From the NCBI GenBank assembly GCA_018238155.1, contig JABCTZ010000032.1, positions 32,001 to 96,000 of the forward strand: a DNA stretch of 64,000 nt. Direction: 5' to 3'. The stretch is from Candidatus Heimdallarchaeota archaeon. GTDB lineage: Archaea; Asgardarchaeota; Heimdallarchaeia; JABLTI01. Shown here piece by piece: positions 63,040-64,000 of the stretch; the first letter of the stretch is position 1, and each line of letters begins with the position of its first letter. A model generated the notes under the pieces. The model had not been told where the DNA came from. It worked only from the letters and a program-made list of their open reading frames with translations, and did not search any database. A program made the translations under genes and the position numbers.

Positions 63040-63306
63040 ATGTCAGATAAAGAAATGCAAGTTTCAGAAGCAGATTTGAAAGGCGTTAACCTAAAGGAAA
63101 CACAAACAAAAGCTCAAGAGTCAGATATGAAATTAATGTTCAAATGTGATGATTGTAGTAAGACATATGATTGGCCTTTATGTTGCGGTGAATCAATGGA
63201 ATTAGAGGGCGATAATCTGGTTTGCACAGTAGAAGGTTGCGGGAAATCCATTCCTGTACCAGAATGCGATGGACATAAATGTAAACCATTTATAGCAAAA
63301 TCGTAA
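63040..63306 (+). CDS. Small Cys-rich, probably metal-binding protein
   Basis: CDDC, CCGESM, CTVEGC, PEC..HKC; AGGATGA SD. Confidence 0.7.
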   Translation: MSDKEMQVSEADLKGVNLKETQTKAQESDMKLMFKCDDCSKTYDWPLCCGESMELEGDNLVCTVEGCGKSIPVPECDGHKCKPFIAKS

Positions 63307-63358
63307 GTGATTGTTTTAATCTAATTCACAATAAAATAGACTATTCCTTACAAGGAAA

Positions 63359-64000
63359 TCAGGGGATTTTTTCCCCACCTTTAAATTTTTGAGTTTGATA
63401 AGATTTTTTGATAATGTCAATAATTTTACTAATTCTTTTGATGGCATAACTTGGTTTGTGATCTTCTTGTATCTTATCTAGATTTACTTTTTGCTCCGGG
63501 TCAAATAAGACACTAACCATTTTCATTTGATTAGCACCAAGTATATCTGTTTCAATTTTATTACCAATATACATAATTCTTGTAGGATCTTTTAAAGATA
63601 ATTTTTCCATTGCACGTTTGAATCCGACATTTGATGGTTTCCATGATTTAGGGTCTTCATTAATTACTACTATCTCAAAAAAATGTTGGAGCCTTAAGTA
63701 GATTAATTTCTCCCATTGTTTCTTCTTCATGCCATCAGATATTACTCCTATTCGATAATCTTTCATTAAAGTAAGCAATGTGAGTACAACATCTGGGAAT
63801 GGATGTAGCAATGTAGTTTTTGTTTTGTGATATGCAACTACAGCTGCTGCAATCAGTTTTGGATGGACCTCAAATCCAAGTTCCTCAATTAATCTATCAA
63901 AGTGATTAGGATAATTAGAACCATATTTCTTTACAATTTCCAGTAAATGATTAAATGCTATCTTTCTATCGATTTCTAATCCTGCTTCTCGCAAAGCTCT
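63359..64000 (-). CDS. HAD-superfamily hydrolase (5'-truncated by window edge)
   Basis: PFPDV, GVISDG, KP, YIGN..ETDILGA. Confidence 0.88.
   Translation of the reverse strand, partial: RALREAGLEIDRKIAFNHLLEIVKKYGSNYPNHFDRLIEELGFEVHPKLIAAAVVAYHKTKTTLLHPFPDVVLTLLTLMKDYRIGVISDGMKKKQWEKLIYLRLQHFFEIVVINEDPKSWKPSNVGFKRAMEKLSLKDPTRIMYIGNKIETDILGANQMKMVSVLFDPEQKVNLDKIQEDHKPSYAIKRISKIIDIIKKSYQTQKFKGGEKIP

Noticed and set aside
1-64000. CRISPR arrays, IS elements, integrases, rRNA
   Set aside because: No regularly spaced repeats or transposase/integrase motifs; the GC-rich islands are explained by SRP RNA and tRNA

Overview
AT-rich archaeal chromosomal segment, most likely from an Asgard archaeon (Heimdallarchaeia-like). 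This is inferred from archaeal informational genes (rpl7ae-rps28e-rpl24e, rpl35ae, archaeal LeuRS, SRP RNA, Tsr3, type 2 IPP isomerase) together with eukaryotic-signature proteins (Vps4, Vps25, Rab- and Arf-like GTPases, an Rpn11/CSN5-like JAMM protein, a HEAT/RING-like protein). It holds about 55 CDS, one tRNA-Gly(GCC) and the SRP RNA; no CRISPR array, rRNA or clear mobile element was seen. Best candidates for undescribed systems: (1) a threonine-synthase-fold protein lacking the PLP lysine and fused to a winged HTH, divergent from pdxS-pdxT, with a tandem palindromic operator between them (putative vitamin B6-sensing repressor); (2) a longin/uDENN-like + Arf-like GTPase + 7TM operon; (3) a site-1-protease (SKI-1/S1P)-like subtilase with a PDZ site-2 protease in the same window; (4) a tail-anchored JAMM isopeptidase. 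All family calls come from motif recognition by eye, not from database searches.
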